Assembly (NCBI RefSeq): GCF_010550695.1
Contig: NZ_JAAGOB010000012.1
Coordinates: 13,844-77,843, forward strand
Direction of reading: 5' to 3'
DNA length: 64,000 nucleotides
DNA from: Phytoactinopolyspora alkaliphila
GTDB lineage: Bacteria > Actinomycetota > Actinomycetes > Jiangellales > Jiangellaceae
Under the pieces are notes generated by a model, which did no database searches, had not been told where the DNA came from, and saw nothing but the letters and a program-made list of their open reading frames with translations. A program made the position numbers and the translations under genes. Of the stretch, positions 1-13,002 are shown in pieces (position 1 is the first letter of the stretch; every line of letters begins with the position of its first letter).

Positions 1-269
1 CGGTATGGGCCTCGACGGGTGACGCTCGTGCGGGCGCGGGCGGGTACGTGGAGCCAGAGGTGGACCAGCTCATCCTGGCGGCCAACGCGGCGCCGTCCGA
101 GGACGAGGCGGCGGCGCTCTACCAGGAGGCGGAGGCCCGGGTCTTCGAGGACTTCCCCGCTGTCCCGCTGTTCTACGCGACGTACAACTTCGCGCACAGC
201 GAGAACGTGTCCAACGTGATCATCGGCTTCAGCCAGATCGAGCTGACCCAGGTCGTCGTCAACGAGTAG
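1..269 (+). CDS. ABC transporter substrate-binding protein, family 5 (peptide/nickel type), C-terminal fragment; 5' end lies outside the window
   Basis: The frame is open from the window edge. The C-terminal sequence ...YQEAEARVFEDFPAVPLFYATYNFAHSENVSNV... is typical of Opp/Dpp-type solute-binding proteins. It is followed by a peptidase and two DppB/DppC-like permeases. Confidence 0.6.
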   Translation, partial: VWASTGDARAGAGGYVEPEVDQLILAANAAPSEDEAAALYQEAEARVFEDFPAVPLFYATYNFAHSENVSNVIIGFSQIELTQVVVNE

Positions 270-281
270 GAGAGCACCACC

Positions 282-1652
282 GTGTTATTGACTCCGGCCC
301 GGGCCGGCCAGGAAGCGCTGCAGGTCATCCCCGAGTTCGGCACCATCCCCGGTGTCGACGAGCTCAACCGTGAGTTCGCCGAGATCGCCGAACGTGCGGG
401 AACCGCGCTCCGGCGGATCGGCACCTCGCGCCTGGGGGAGCCGCTCTGGGCGCTGACCGTCGGCTCCGGGCCGGCCCATGCGGTCGTGTTCGGGGGCGTC
501 CATCCGAACGAGCCGATAGGCGCTCTGACCGCCACCCACCTGGCGCGGACTCTGGTGGAGGACTCGAGCCTGCGCGAGGCACTCGGCTACACGTGGCACA
601 TCGTGCCGTGCATCGACCCGGACGGTGCCCGGCTGAACGAAGGCTGGTTCGGTGGGCCGTTCACCCGGGGCCACTACGCCAGGCACTTCTACCGGCCGGC
701 TGGGCGCGAGCAGGTGGAATGGACCTTCCCCTTCGCTTACAAGAACGCCTATTTCGATCGCATGATGCCGGAGACGGTCGCCCTGATGCGGCTGATCGAC
801 GACACCGAGCCGGCGTTCATGTGCTCGTTGCACAACGGCGAGCACGGCGGGGTGTACTACTACGTGTCCAGGGAGACGCCGGGCCTGTACGAGCACCTGC
901 AGGCGATTCCCGCGGCGCTGAACCTTCCACTCGACACCGGTGAGCCGGAGATGCCCTATATCCGGCGTTTGGCGGACGCGATCTTCCGGATGAGCCGCAC
1001 CGAGGAGGCGTACGACTTCGCCGAGTCCGCCGGACTCGACCCGTCCGAGGTGGACATCGGCGGCTCGAGCTCCGCGTATGCCGAGAAGTACGGGACACTC
1101 TCTCTGGTGACGGAGGTTCCGTACTGGTCGCATCCGGACGCTGACGACAACACCCCCGCTGGCACGAGCTACGCGGACGCCCTGAGCAGGCGGGCGGACG
1201 GGCTGGCGGATCTTGGTGAGGTCCTCGAGAACGCGCTGCGCGCGGTGGAGCCCGACCTGTCCGTGGAGTCGCCATTTCTGCGCGCCTCGCGGGCCTTCAT
1301 CCCAGCCTTCAGCCGGGGCGCGCAGCAGGAGCGGTACCGCGCCGGCCAGCCGGACGCGGATCGGCCCGCCACTAAGGCGGAGCTGTTCGGATGCCTCGAC
1401 CGGGTGCACTGCTTCCGGCTTCGCTACGGCGGCATGCTCCTGCGTGCTCTCGACGGGGAACTGGCCATCGGGAACGGCACGCCTGCCATCCGTGCCCAGC
1501 ACGCCGCGCTGGCCACGGCCTACGATGCGTGGGTGTCCGAGGCTGAGGAAGGAACCACGTCCACGCTGATCCCCCTGGGCGACCTTGCCGCCGTGCAGTA
1601 CGCGGCGATCCTGACGACCAGTGTGTACGCCGTCGCTGAACCACCGGCCTGA
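282..1652 (+). CDS. M14 / AstE-AspA superfamily zinc carboxypeptidase-like protein (456 aa)
   Basis: GTG start preceded by AGGAGA. The zinc-ligand motif GGVHPNEPIG (the GG-H-NE motif of the succinylglutamate desuccinylase/aspartoacylase-M14 clan) and a downstream WHIVPCIDPDGARLNEGW segment are present. It has a long C-terminal extension with no match I recognise. Confidence 0.65.
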   Translation: MLLTPARAGQEALQVIPEFGTIPGVDELNREFAEIAERAGTALRRIGTSRLGEPLWALTVGSGPAHAVVFGGVHPNEPIGALTATHLARTLVEDSSLREALGYTWHIVPCIDPDGARLNEGWFGGPFTRGHYARHFYRPAGREQVEWTFPFAYKNAYFDRMMPETVALMRLIDDTEPAFMCSLHNGEHGGVYYYVSRETPGLYEHLQAIPAALNLPLDTGEPEMPYIRRLADAIFRMSRTEEAYDFAESAGLDPSEVDIGGSSSAYAEKYGTLSLVTEVPYWSHPDADDNTPAGTSYADALSRRADGLADLGEVLENALRAVEPDLSVESPFLRASRAFIPAFSRGAQQERYRAGQPDADRPATKAELFGCLDRVHCFRLRYGGMLLRALDGELAIGNGTPAIRAQHAALATAYDAWVSEAEEGTTSTLIPLGDLAAVQYAAILTTSVYAVAEPPA

Positions 1653-1660
1653 GCGGGAGC

Positions 1661-2593
1661 GTGACGATGGGCCGATACGTCCTCTCCCGGCTAGCCCAGT
1701 TGATCATTGTCTTCATCGGCGTGACGCTGCTGATCTACCTGGCCGTCTGGGCGCTGCCCGGAGATCCGATCCGGGCCATGGCCGGAGACCGCCCGCTTTC
1801 GGAGAGCGTGATCCACGCCATGCGTGAGCGGCACAACCTCAACGATCCCGTCCTGATCCAGTACGGGAAGTACATGGCCAACCTGTTGACCGGAGACTTC
1901 GGCACCGACTTCAACGGCCGGTCGGTCTCGGATCAGATGGCGCAGCGGTGGCCGGTGTCGGTGCGCCTGGCCCTCACCGCCTGGGTGCTGGAGGTGGTGG
2001 TCGGCATCACGCTCGGCGTAGTCGCCGCGCTCCGTCGCGGCAAATGGGCGGACTACACCATCCTCCTGTTCAGCATCGCGGTGATCTCCATCCCGGTGTT
2101 CGTCCTCGGATACACGGCCCAACTCGTCCTGGGCGTGCACCTGGGCATGTTCCCCGTGTCCGGGATCTCGGACGGATGGCCGCGCAGCTACATCCTGCCC
2201 GCGGTCATCACGGCCACCTTTGGTATCGCGACCGTGGCCAGGTTGGTGCGGGTGAGTGTGCTGGAGAACCTGCGCGCGGACTACGTGCGGGCAGCGTTCG
2301 CCAAGGGACTTTCCCGCCGCCGCGTCGTCTCGGTGCACGTGCTGCGAAACTCGCTGATCGCGGCGGTGACGCTGCTTGGCGTGAACCTCGGGTTCCTGCT
2401 CGGCGGATCGATAGTGATCGAGGGCATTTTCAACATGCCCGGGGTGGGGCAGCTGCTGTTCCGTTCCCTGCAGGCCCAGGAGGGCGCCGTCGTGGTGGGC
2501 GTAGCCACGGCGCTGGTCCTGGTCTTCCTGCTCGCCAATCTCGTCGTCGACCTGCTCTACGGCGTACTCGACCCGAGGATCCGGCATGAGTGA
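1661..2593 (+). CDS. ABC transporter permease, DppB/OppB-like
   Basis: N-terminus MGRYVLSRLAQLIIVFIGVTLLIYLAVWALPGDPIRAMAGDRP is the canonical DppB/OppB start. Multiple transmembrane segments and an EAA-like loop are present. Confidence 0.85.
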   Translation: MTMGRYVLSRLAQLIIVFIGVTLLIYLAVWALPGDPIRAMAGDRPLSESVIHAMRERHNLNDPVLIQYGKYMANLLTGDFGTDFNGRSVSDQMAQRWPVSVRLALTAWVLEVVVGITLGVVAALRRGKWADYTILLFSIAVISIPVFVLGYTAQLVLGVHLGMFPVSGISDGWPRSYILPAVITATFGIATVARLVRVSVLENLRADYVRAAFAKGLSRRRVVSVHVLRNSLIAAVTLLGVNLGFLLGGSIVIEGIFNMPGVGQLLFRSLQAQEGAVVVGVATALVLVFLLANLVVDLLYGVLDPRIRHE

Positions 2594-3482
2594 GCACGAG
2601 GTTCAAGCCGTCGACGACACCGCCGCGAAGGCGACCCTCCTCGGCGACGCCTGGCGAGACCTGCGCCACAACCCGCTGTTCCTGGCGAGTGGATTCGTCG
2701 TCGCCGTGATGGTCCTGATGGCGGCGTTCCCCAACGTGTTCTCCGGATGGTTCGGCAACGGTGACCCGCGCGTCTGCGACCTCGGCCGCAGCGGGGACGG
2801 GCCGGCGAGTGGGCATCCGTTCGGCTTCGACAAGCAGGGCTGCGACGTCTACGCGAACGTGATCCACGGTGCGCGAGCTTCGATCAGTGTGGGTGTGCTG
2901 GTGACGACCTTCTCACTCCTCCTCGCAATCACCCTGGGCAGCGTCGCCGGCTACCGGGGACGCTGGCTCGACGCACTGATCAGCAGGATGGCCGACGTGT
3001 TCTTCGGCTTCCCGTTCATCCTCGGTGCCCTGGTGGTGCTGAACAGCCTGGGTACGCGCAGCATCTGGACGGTTTCCGCGGTACTCGCCCTGTTCATGTG
3101 GCCGACGATGACCCGCCTGATGCGCTCGTCGGTGCTGTCCGTCAAACAGATGGACTACGTGCAGGCCGCCCGGGGCCTCGGTGCGGGAGGCTGGCGCTTG
3201 GTACGCCGCCACATCCTTCCCAACGCGGTGGCGCCGGTGATGGTGATGGCCACGATCACCATCGGGACGGCGATCGTGGCCGAAGCGGTTCTCACCTTCC
3301 TGGGAGTGGGACTCCAGGCGCCGGCGATCTCGTGGGGCCTGCAGCTGTCCAACGCGCAAACCGACTTCCAGATGTCGCCTCACCTGCTGATCTACCCGTC
3401 GATCTTCCTGAGCCTGACGGTGCTCAGCTTCATCGTGCTCGGTGACACGATCAGGGAGGCCTTCGACCCGCGGATGCGCTAG
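2586..3482 (+). CDS. ABC transporter permease, DppC/OppC-like
   Basis: Overlaps the previous gene by 8 nt, consistent with translational coupling. Hydrophobic, with a BPD_transp_1-like core. Confidence 0.85.
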   Translation: MSEHEVQAVDDTAAKATLLGDAWRDLRHNPLFLASGFVVAVMVLMAAFPNVFSGWFGNGDPRVCDLGRSGDGPASGHPFGFDKQGCDVYANVIHGARASISVGVLVTTFSLLLAITLGSVAGYRGRWLDALISRMADVFFGFPFILGALVVLNSLGTRSIWTVSAVLALFMWPTMTRLMRSSVLSVKQMDYVQAARGLGAGGWRLVRRHILPNAVAPVMVMATITIGTAIVAEAVLTFLGVGLQAPAISWGLQLSNAQTDFQMSPHLLIYPSIFLSLTVLSFIVLGDTIREAFDPRMR

Positions 3483-3646
3483 GCGCCTGCGCAGCGCACA
3501 TGGATCAGGTGACTCAACGGTCCATCTGCGAGGATTTTCGTCGTCTGATCCAGGGGCGAACGCGCGGTGGTGACGACGAGCACATCGAGTCCGCCAGCGT
3601 GGCAGCGGAGCCGGCTGATAGGCTCGCGGAGACCGGCGTCCTTTAA

Positions 3647-3668
3647 ATCCCGTCCAGTGAGGCGGGGA
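3647..3668 (+). promoter_or_regulatory. PyrR-binding-loop-like RNA hairpin overlapping the pyrR ribosome-binding site
   Basis: The sequence aaatCCCGuccagugaggCGGGgaagggggu has a CCCG/CGGG stem whose loop, UCCAGUGAGG, closely matches the PyrR box consensus (ARUCCNGNGAGG). The SD-like GGAAGGGGG starts at 3666, and the ATG is at 3686. Confidence 0.5.
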
Positions 3669-3685
3669 AGGGGGTCCCTTTCCGC

Positions 3686-4291
3686 ATGTCTCGTCACCTG
3701 TCCGGCTTCCGGACCGTCCTCAGCGAGGACGAGATCAACCGGGCGCTTGCCCGGATGGCCCACGAGGTCGTAGAGCGCAACAAGGGCGCTTCCGGCCTGG
3801 TAGTCCTCGGCATTCCCTCACGTGGGGTGCCACTGGCCCAGCGACTCACCGCTCGCATCTCCAGCGTCGAGGACATCGCCGTGCCGGTTGGCGCGCTCGA
3901 TGTCACGATGTACCGCGACGATCTGCGGTTGCGCCCGGCGCGTGCACTGGAGCCCACCGACATCCCCGACGGCGGCGTCGACGGCAAGACCGTGGTCCTG
4001 GTGGACGACGTTCTCTACTCAGGACGCACCATCCGAGCGGCGCTCACCGCACTCGACGACGTCGGCCGGCCGCGCGCTGTACGGCTCGCGGTCCTCGTGG
4101 ATCGCGGCCACCGCGAACTGCCCATCCGAGCCGACCACGTGGGCAAGAACCTCCCCACGTCGCTGCGCGAGAGCGTCCGCGTGCTGCTGAACGAGGTCGA
4201 CGGCCAGGACGCGGTGCTCGTCGGAGCCACGGCCGACGCACACCCGGCGCCAGAAGCACACCTGGCAGCCGGCGAAGAGGAGGCCCGATGA
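3686..4291 (+). CDS. pyrR: Bifunctional pyrimidine operon regulator / uracil phosphoribosyltransferase PyrR
   Basis: 201 aa. Contains the PRPP-binding motif [13 protein letters not shown]. Sits at the head of the pyr operon. Confidence 0.95.
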   Translation: MSRHLSGFRTVLSEDEINRALARMAHEVVERNKGASGLVVLGIPSRGVPLAQRLTARISSVEDIAVPVGALDVTMYRDDLRLRPARALEPTDIPDGGVDGKTVVLVDDVLYSGRTIRAALTALDDVGRPRAVRLAVLVDRGHRELPIRADHVGKNLPTSLRESVRVLLNEVDGQDAVLVGATADAHPAPEAHLAAGEEEAR

Positions 4292-5241
4292 TCCGCCATC
4301 TGTTGTCCGCCGCCGACCTTTCCCACGAGGAAGCGACGCTGATCCTCGACACCGCGGACGAGATGGCGCGGCTCACGGAGGGCCGGGCGGTGAAGAAGCT
4401 GCCCACGTTGCGTGGGCGCACCGTGGTGAACCTGTTCTTCGAGGACTCGACCCGGACCCGGACCTCGTTCGAGCTGGCCGCGAAGCGGCTCTCAGCCGAC
4501 GTGATCAATTTCTCCGCGAAGGGTTCCAGCGTGTCCAAGGGCGAGAGCCTGAAGGACACCGCATTGACGCTCGCCGCCATGGGCGCGGACGGCGTCGTCG
4601 TCCGTCATTCTGCGAGCGGCGCCGCGTACCGCCTCGCGACGTCCGGGTGGATCAGCGCGAATGTGCTGAACGCCGGCGACGGCACCCACGAGCATCCGAC
4701 GCAGGCGCTGCTGGACGCGTTCACCTTGCGTCGGCATCTCGGAGACCTACGCGACCGCGACGTCGTGATCGTCGGCGACGTGCTCCATGGCAGGGTGGCA
4801 CGCAGTAACGTGCTCCTGCTCGCCACGCTGGGGGCACGGGTCACGCTGGTGGCCCCGCCGACCCTCCTGCCGCTGGGCGTGGAGAACTGGCCGTGCGAGG
4901 TCACCTATGACCTCGACGCGGCGCTGCCCGGTGCGGACGCGGTCATGATGTTGCGCGTCCAGCGGGAACGGATGAACGCGGCGTTCTTCCCGTCCGCCCG
5001 CGAGTACAGCAGGCGCTACGGGCTGGACGCGCGCCGCTTCTCGTCATTGCCGGAGGACGCGATCGTGCTGCATCCGGGGCCGATGAACCGCGGCATGGAG
5101 ATCAGCGCGGACGTCGCGGACAATGAGCGGTCCGTGATCGTCGAGCAGGTCACGAACGGTGTCTACGTCCGGATGGCGGTTCTGTACCTGATGCTCGCCG
5201 GATCCGGGACCGGGTCAGCCGGCGGCGAGGACGCCGCATGA
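4288..5241 (+). CDS. pyrB: Aspartate carbamoyltransferase catalytic subunit
   Basis: 317 aa with the ATCase/OTCase fold motifs STRTR and HPTQ. Its start overlaps the pyrR stop by 4 nt. Confidence 0.95.
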   Translation: MIRHLLSAADLSHEEATLILDTADEMARLTEGRAVKKLPTLRGRTVVNLFFEDSTRTRTSFELAAKRLSADVINFSAKGSSVSKGESLKDTALTLAAMGADGVVVRHSASGAAYRLATSGWISANVLNAGDGTHEHPTQALLDAFTLRRHLGDLRDRDVVIVGDVLHGRVARSNVLLLATLGARVTLVAPPTLLPLGVENWPCEVTYDLDAALPGADAVMMLRVQRERMNAAFFPSAREYSRRYGLDARRFSSLPEDAIVLHPGPMNRGMEISADVADNERSVIVEQVTNGVYVRMAVLYLMLAGSGTGSAGGEDAA

Positions 5242-5284
5242 TCCCGGCGCCGACGAGCAGAGCCAACACGAGGGGAGAACGGGC

Positions 5285-6595
5285 GTGAACGGCGAGAGCA
5301 TCCTGATCAGAGGGGCGCGGATCCTCGGCGGTCCCCAGGGCGACATGCTGCTACGAGACGGGGTGATCGCGGCCCTTGGTGGTGACGTTGACGGCACCGG
5401 AGCGCGAGCGATCGACGCGGACGGCCTTGTGGCCCTGCCGGGCCTAGTTGACTTGCACACTCACCTTCGCGAACCTGGGCGCGAAGACGCCGAGACGGTG
5501 GCCTCCGGAACCCGGGCCGCCGCGGCCGGTGGATTCACCGCCGTGCACGCGATGGCCAACACCGATCCGGTGGCAGACACCGCGGGCGTGGTAGAGCAGG
5601 TCTGGCGGCTGGGCCGCGAAGCCGGTCACGCGGACGTGCGTCCGGTGGGCGCGGTGACCGTCGGGCTGGCCGGGGAGCGGCTGGCCGAACTCGGCGCGAT
5701 GGCCGACTCCGCCGCCCGGGTGCGGGTCTTCTCCGACGACGGGATCTGCGTGTCCGACGCCGTGCTGATGCGCCGTGCGCTGGAGTACGTGAAAGCTTTC
5801 GACGGCGTGATAGCGCAGCATGCGCAAGAGCCCCGCCTCACCGAGGGCGCCCAGATGAACGAGAGCGAGCTCTCGGGCCGGCTCGGTCTGCGCGGCTGGC
5901 CCAGTGTGGCCGAGGAGGCGATCATCGCCCGCGACGTTCTCCTGGCCGCACACGTCGGTTCCCGGTTGCACATCTGCCACTTGTCCACCAGGGGCTCGGT
6001 GGAGATCGTGCGGCTGGCCAAGCAGCGCGGACTCCCCGTCACCGCCGAGGTGACTCCGCATCACCTGCTGCTCACCGAAGACCTGGTCTCCACCTACGAC
6101 GCCCGGTACAAAGTCAATCCGCCGTTGCGGAGCGCCGACGACGTGGCCGCGGTGCGTGAGGGGCTGGCCGACGGCACGATCGACATCGTAGCCACCGACC
6201 ACGCTCCGCATCCGGTGGAGGACAAGGAATGCGAGTGGGATGCCGCTGCCTTCGGCATGCTCGGGCTGGACACGGCGCTGTCCGTCGTCCAGCACACGAT
6301 GGTCGACACCGGCTTGCTCGACTGGTCCGGCGTCGCCGACCGGATGTCGTTCGCCCCGGCCCGGATCGGCCGCTGCGACAGCGACGACGCCGCCCAGGGA
6401 CGTCCACTCGCGGTCGGCGAGCCGGCCAACGTCGTCCTGATCGATCCGGCCGCCTCCCGCACGGTCGACGCGCGCACGTCGGCGTCGCTGTCGCGCAACA
6501 GCCCGTACGACGGCATGAAGCTGCCGGGTGGCGTCGTGGCGACGTTCTTGCGCGGCCGTCCGACCGTGGAGGACGGTGCGCTGACGTGGATCTGA
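5285..6595 (+). CDS. pyrC: Dihydroorotase
   Basis: 436 aa. Has the metal-binding DLHTHLREPG motif and the amidohydrolase fold. Confidence 0.93.
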   Translation: MNGESILIRGARILGGPQGDMLLRDGVIAALGGDVDGTGARAIDADGLVALPGLVDLHTHLREPGREDAETVASGTRAAAAGGFTAVHAMANTDPVADTAGVVEQVWRLGREAGHADVRPVGAVTVGLAGERLAELGAMADSAARVRVFSDDGICVSDAVLMRRALEYVKAFDGVIAQHAQEPRLTEGAQMNESELSGRLGLRGWPSVAEEAIIARDVLLAAHVGSRLHICHLSTRGSVEIVRLAKQRGLPVTAEVTPHHLLLTEDLVSTYDARYKVNPPLRSADDVAAVREGLADGTIDIVATDHAPHPVEDKECEWDAAAFGMLGLDTALSVVQHTMVDTGLLDWSGVADRMSFAPARIGRCDSDDAAQGRPLAVGEPANVVLIDPAASRTVDARTSASLSRNSPYDGMKLPGGVVATFLRGRPTVEDGALTWI

Positions 6596-7101
6596 GGACG
6601 GGAATCGCCGTCGCGCTACTGGGTATGCTGCTCGTTGCGTCGTACCTGATGATGTGGCGGGGCTGGCGGAGGCGCGCGTCCCGTGACGCGCGGCTGCCGG
6701 CGCCGCCGGAGACGTTGCCGGCCGCTCCCAGCCGGGTCGGGCCGATCACCGGCACCTATCTCGGCACCACGGTGGCGGGTGACTGGCTGGAGCACGTGGG
6801 CACCCAGGGCTTGGACCGCCGTAGCGCGGCCACGGTGACGGTCACGGACGCGGGCGTGGAGATCGGCCGGTCGCCGGAACCGCCGCTGGCCATACCCGCC
6901 GGCGCCATCCACGCGATCCGCCTGGACCGGGCCGCGGCGGGCAGAGCGGTACGCCGCCCGGAATACCTGATCATCACCTGGGCGCATGCGAACCGGTCAC
7001 TGGACACGGCACTGCGCCCACATCATCGTGACGATCTCGGGCGGCTCCTCGATGCCGTAGAGGCGCTCGTGGAGCGTGAGGTGACGTCGTGGACGGAATG
7101 A
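6586..7101 (+). CDS. Conserved membrane protein of the pyr operon (pyrC-carA intergenic gene, Rv1382-position homolog)
   Basis: GTG at 6586 lies in frame within the 6229..7101 ORF and overlaps the pyrC stop by about 10 nt. Its N-terminal TM helix ([18 protein letters not shown]) is in the same position as the small membrane protein between pyrC and carA in other actinobacteria. The start site is uncertain; an alternative ATG lies about 30 nt downstream. Confidence 0.55.
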   Translation: MDLRTGIAVALLGMLLVASYLMMWRGWRRRASRDARLPAPPETLPAAPSRVGPITGTYLGTTVAGDWLEHVGTQGLDRRSAATVTVTDAGVEIGRSPEPPLAIPAGAIHAIRLDRAAAGRAVRRPEYLIITWAHANRSLDTALRPHHRDDLGRLLDAVEALVEREVTSWTE

Positions 7102-7178
7102 ACGCTGTACCGACGCCGGCGGTCGAGGTATTTGTCGGTGCCTTTGCAATGCGCACACCGACGCACCGCCGCCTCGAT

Positions 7179-7326
7179 GTGCGCAGAGCAGCGGATTGCA
7201 TGGATGTGCGCAGAGCGGCGTGTTGCATGGATGTGCGCAGAGCGGCGTGTTGCGTGGATGTGCGCAGAGCGGCGTGTTGCGTGGATGTGCGCAGAGCGGC
7301 GTGTTGCGTGGATGTGCGCATTGCAA
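7179..7326. repeat. 27-bp tandem repeat, 5 full units plus a partial unit (unit GTGCGCAGAGCGGCGTGTTGCGTGGAT), in the carA leader
   Basis: Units are seen directly at 7179, 7206, 7233, 7260 and 7287. The first copy is degenerate and a truncated sixth copy begins at 7314. Each unit begins with the palindromic hexamer TGCGCA. The array is bracketed by inverted arms TTGCAATGCGCAC (7144-7156) and GTGCGCATTGCAA (7314-7326). Confidence 0.9.
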
Positions 7327-7348
7327 AGCGAGCTGGAGGAGAGTTTTG

Positions 7349-8493
7349 ATGACGACGCGCACACCAGCGCTACTTGTTCTGGAGGACGGACGTGTATTCC
7401 GCGGCGAGTCCTACGGCGCAGCGGGGGAGACGTTCGGCGAAGCTGTGTTCTCCACCGGCATGACCGGCTACCAGGAGACCCTGACCGATCCGTCGTACTA
7501 CCAGCAGGTGGTGGTGCAGACAGCGCCGCACATCGGCAACACCGGGGTGAATGACGACGATCCCGAGTCCAGGCAGATCTGGGTGGCGGGCTACGTGGTC
7601 CGCGACCCGGCCCGACGTGCGTCGTCGTGGCGTGCCACTCGCGGCCTCGAAGCGGAGCTCGCGGCACAGGGCGTGGTGGGCATCAGCGGGGTGGACACCC
7701 GGGCTCTCACCCGCCACCTGCGTGAACGTGGCGCCATGCGGGTCGGCATCTCCAGTGTCGAGGCCGACGCCGACGCTCTGCGAGAGCGAGTGCTCGCCAG
7801 TCCGCAGATGCTCGGCGCGGACCTGGCCGCCGCCGTCTCCACCACCGAGCCGTACGTGGTGCCGGCAGAGGGCGAGCGGCGGTTCACCGTCGCTGCACTT
7901 GACCTGGGCATCAAGACGATGACACCACGGCGGATGGCCGAGCGGGGCATCGAGGTCCACGTCCTGCCGGCGACGTCGACCGCCGACGACGTGCTCGCCG
8001 TGCGGCCGGACGGGCTGTTCCTCTCGAACGGTCCTGGAGACCCGTCCACAGCCGATGGCCCTCGGGACGTCCTGCGTGCGGCGCTTGAGCACGACCTGCC
8101 GTTCTTCGGCATCTGCTTCGGCAACCAGGTGTTCGGGCGGGCTCTTGGGTTCGGCACCTACAAGCTCGGCTACGGCCATCGCGGCATCAATCAGCCTGTT
8201 CAGGACCGCGGTACCGGGAAGGTGGAGGTCACCGCGCACAATCACGGCTTCGCGGTGGACGCGCCACTCGACCGCGCCACCGACACCCCGTACGGCCGGG
8301 CCGAAGTCAGCCATGTCTGCCTCAACGACGACGTCGTGGAGGGCCTTGCTCTGCGCGGCGCCGGCGGTGAGCTCAAGGCGTTCTCGGTGCAGTACCACCC
8401 CGAGGCCGCCGCAGGCCCGCACGACGCGGCGTATCTGTTCGACCGCTTCGTAGAACTGATGAGTGTGACCCAGCGGACGCAGGGGGATGGCTG

Positions 8494-8494
<1 letters not shown>
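7349..8494 (+). CDS. carA: Carbamoyl-phosphate synthase small (glutaminase) subunit
   Basis: ATG at 7349 preceded by GGAGGAGAG. 381 aa with a class I glutamine amidotransferase triad region. The upstream in-frame extension from 7196 runs through the tandem repeat and is rejected as the start. Confidence 0.93.
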
Positions 8495-11816
<3,322 letters not shown>

Positions 11817-11820
<4 letters not shown>

Positions 11821-12962
11821 CACCGTACGGTCTGCTGTTCGAACGCGTCCTGACCCGCCTGGACGCCGAACGCGCGCATCATCTCGCGGTCGGCCTGATG
11901 CGGGTGGCGGCGCGGCTCCCCGGTGCCCGGCGGGCCGGATGGCGACGGCTGGCGCCCGCCGATCCAGCCCTCACAGTCGAGGCGATGGGGCTGCGCTTCC
12001 CAGGCCCCCTGGGGCTCGCAGCGGGCTTCGACAAGAACGCGATCGCCATCGACGCCCTCGGCGCCCTCGGCTTTGGCTTCGTCGAAGTGGGAACTGTCAC
12101 CGGACGCGCGCAGCCCGGAAATCCCCGGCCCCGGCTGCACCGGCTGCTCGCCGACCGGGCAATCGTGAACCGGATGGGTTTCAACAACGACGGCGCTGCT
12201 GCCGTGGCCGCGAGGCTGGCCGCGCGGCGCCGTCGCCGGGGTTCCCTGCCGATCGTCGTCGGCGTGAACATCGGCAAGACCAAGGCCGTGCCCGACGCCC
12301 AGGCGATCTCCGACTACGAGGCGAGCACCCGGATGGTCGCGCCTTACGCGGATTACCTCGTGGTCAACGTCAGCTCCCCGAACACACCCGGCCTGCGTGA
12401 CCTGCAGGCGGTCAGCCAGCTCCGGCCGCTGCTGACCGCGGTTCGTGCGCAGGCCGACGCTGTCACGGACCGGCGTGTGCCGCTGGTGGTGAAGATCGCG
12501 CCGGATCTCAGCGACGACGACGTGCTCGCGGTCGCGGACCTCGCACTGGAGTTGCGACTGGACGGCATCATCGCCACCAACACCACCGTCTCCCGCGCGG
12601 GTCTGTCCTCGGCACCCGGCGACATCGACCGCGTAGGCGCGGGTGGACTGTCGGGGGCGCCCCTGGCGGCTCGCGCCCTCGAGGTGCTGAAGCTGCTGAG
12701 CAGCCGGCTCGCCGACATCGGCACCTCCGGTGACGACCAGACCCGCGGACCTGGTGACACGCCGGACGTCGCCCTGATCTCGGTGGGCGGGGTATCCGAC
12801 GCGCGGGACGTGTACGAGCGGTTGCAGGCCGGAGCCGACTTGGTCCAGGCGTATACCGCGTTCATCTACGGCGGTGCATCGTGGCCGTCGCGTGTGCATC
12901 GCGAACTCGCCGGTCTTCTCGCGCACGGCGTTACGTTGCGTCCTGCAGAGCGTGCTCCGTGA
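11817..12962 (+). CDS. pyrD: Dihydroorotate dehydrogenase (quinone), class 2
   Basis: 381 aa with the FMN-binding barrel motifs [17 protein letters not shown] and [15 protein letters not shown] overlap with the carB stop. Confidence 0.9.
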
Positions 12963-13002
12963 CCCTCACACTGCAGGACGCAACGGAGAAGGAGCGGGCA
13001 TC

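Noticed and set aside
285-1502. 405-aa minus-strand ORF opposite the M14-like peptidase, and similar antisense ORFs throughout (e.g. 1691..2587, 10165..11523, 11634..12926, 15350..16552, 16595..18301, 19323..20327, 20657..21934, 45833/46049 pair, 8242..10104)
   Set aside because: These are shadow ORFs opposite strongly supported genes (carB, metK, priA, coaBC and others). Their composition is Arg/Gly/Pro-rich with no domain signatures.
6229-7101. 290-aa ORF overlapping the last 370 nt of pyrC
   Set aside because: The upstream part is an open alternative frame inside pyrC, which is typical of GC-rich DNA. Only the portion from the GTG at 6586 onward, which has a TM helix, is plausibly a gene.
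7144-7326. Possibility that the 27-bp array is a CRISPR array
   Set aside because: The units are directly contiguous with no spacers, the repeat is imperfect, and there are no cas genes nearby.
7196-7348. In-frame N-terminal extension of carA containing [10 protein letters not shown]-type peptide repeats
   Set aside because: It is created by the 27-bp tandem repeat, which is a multiple of 3. A strong RBS plus ATG at 7349 matches the canonical CarA N-terminus.
7089-7554. Other-frame ORFs through the repeat (MDVRRAACC..., MCAERRVAW...)
   Set aside because: These are translations of the same tandem repeat in alternative frames. They have no independent support.
12874-13002. 43-codon extension upstream of pyrF
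   Set aside because: It overlaps the pyrD 3' end. An RBS plus ATG at 13003 and the conserved PyrF N-terminus support the shorter gene.
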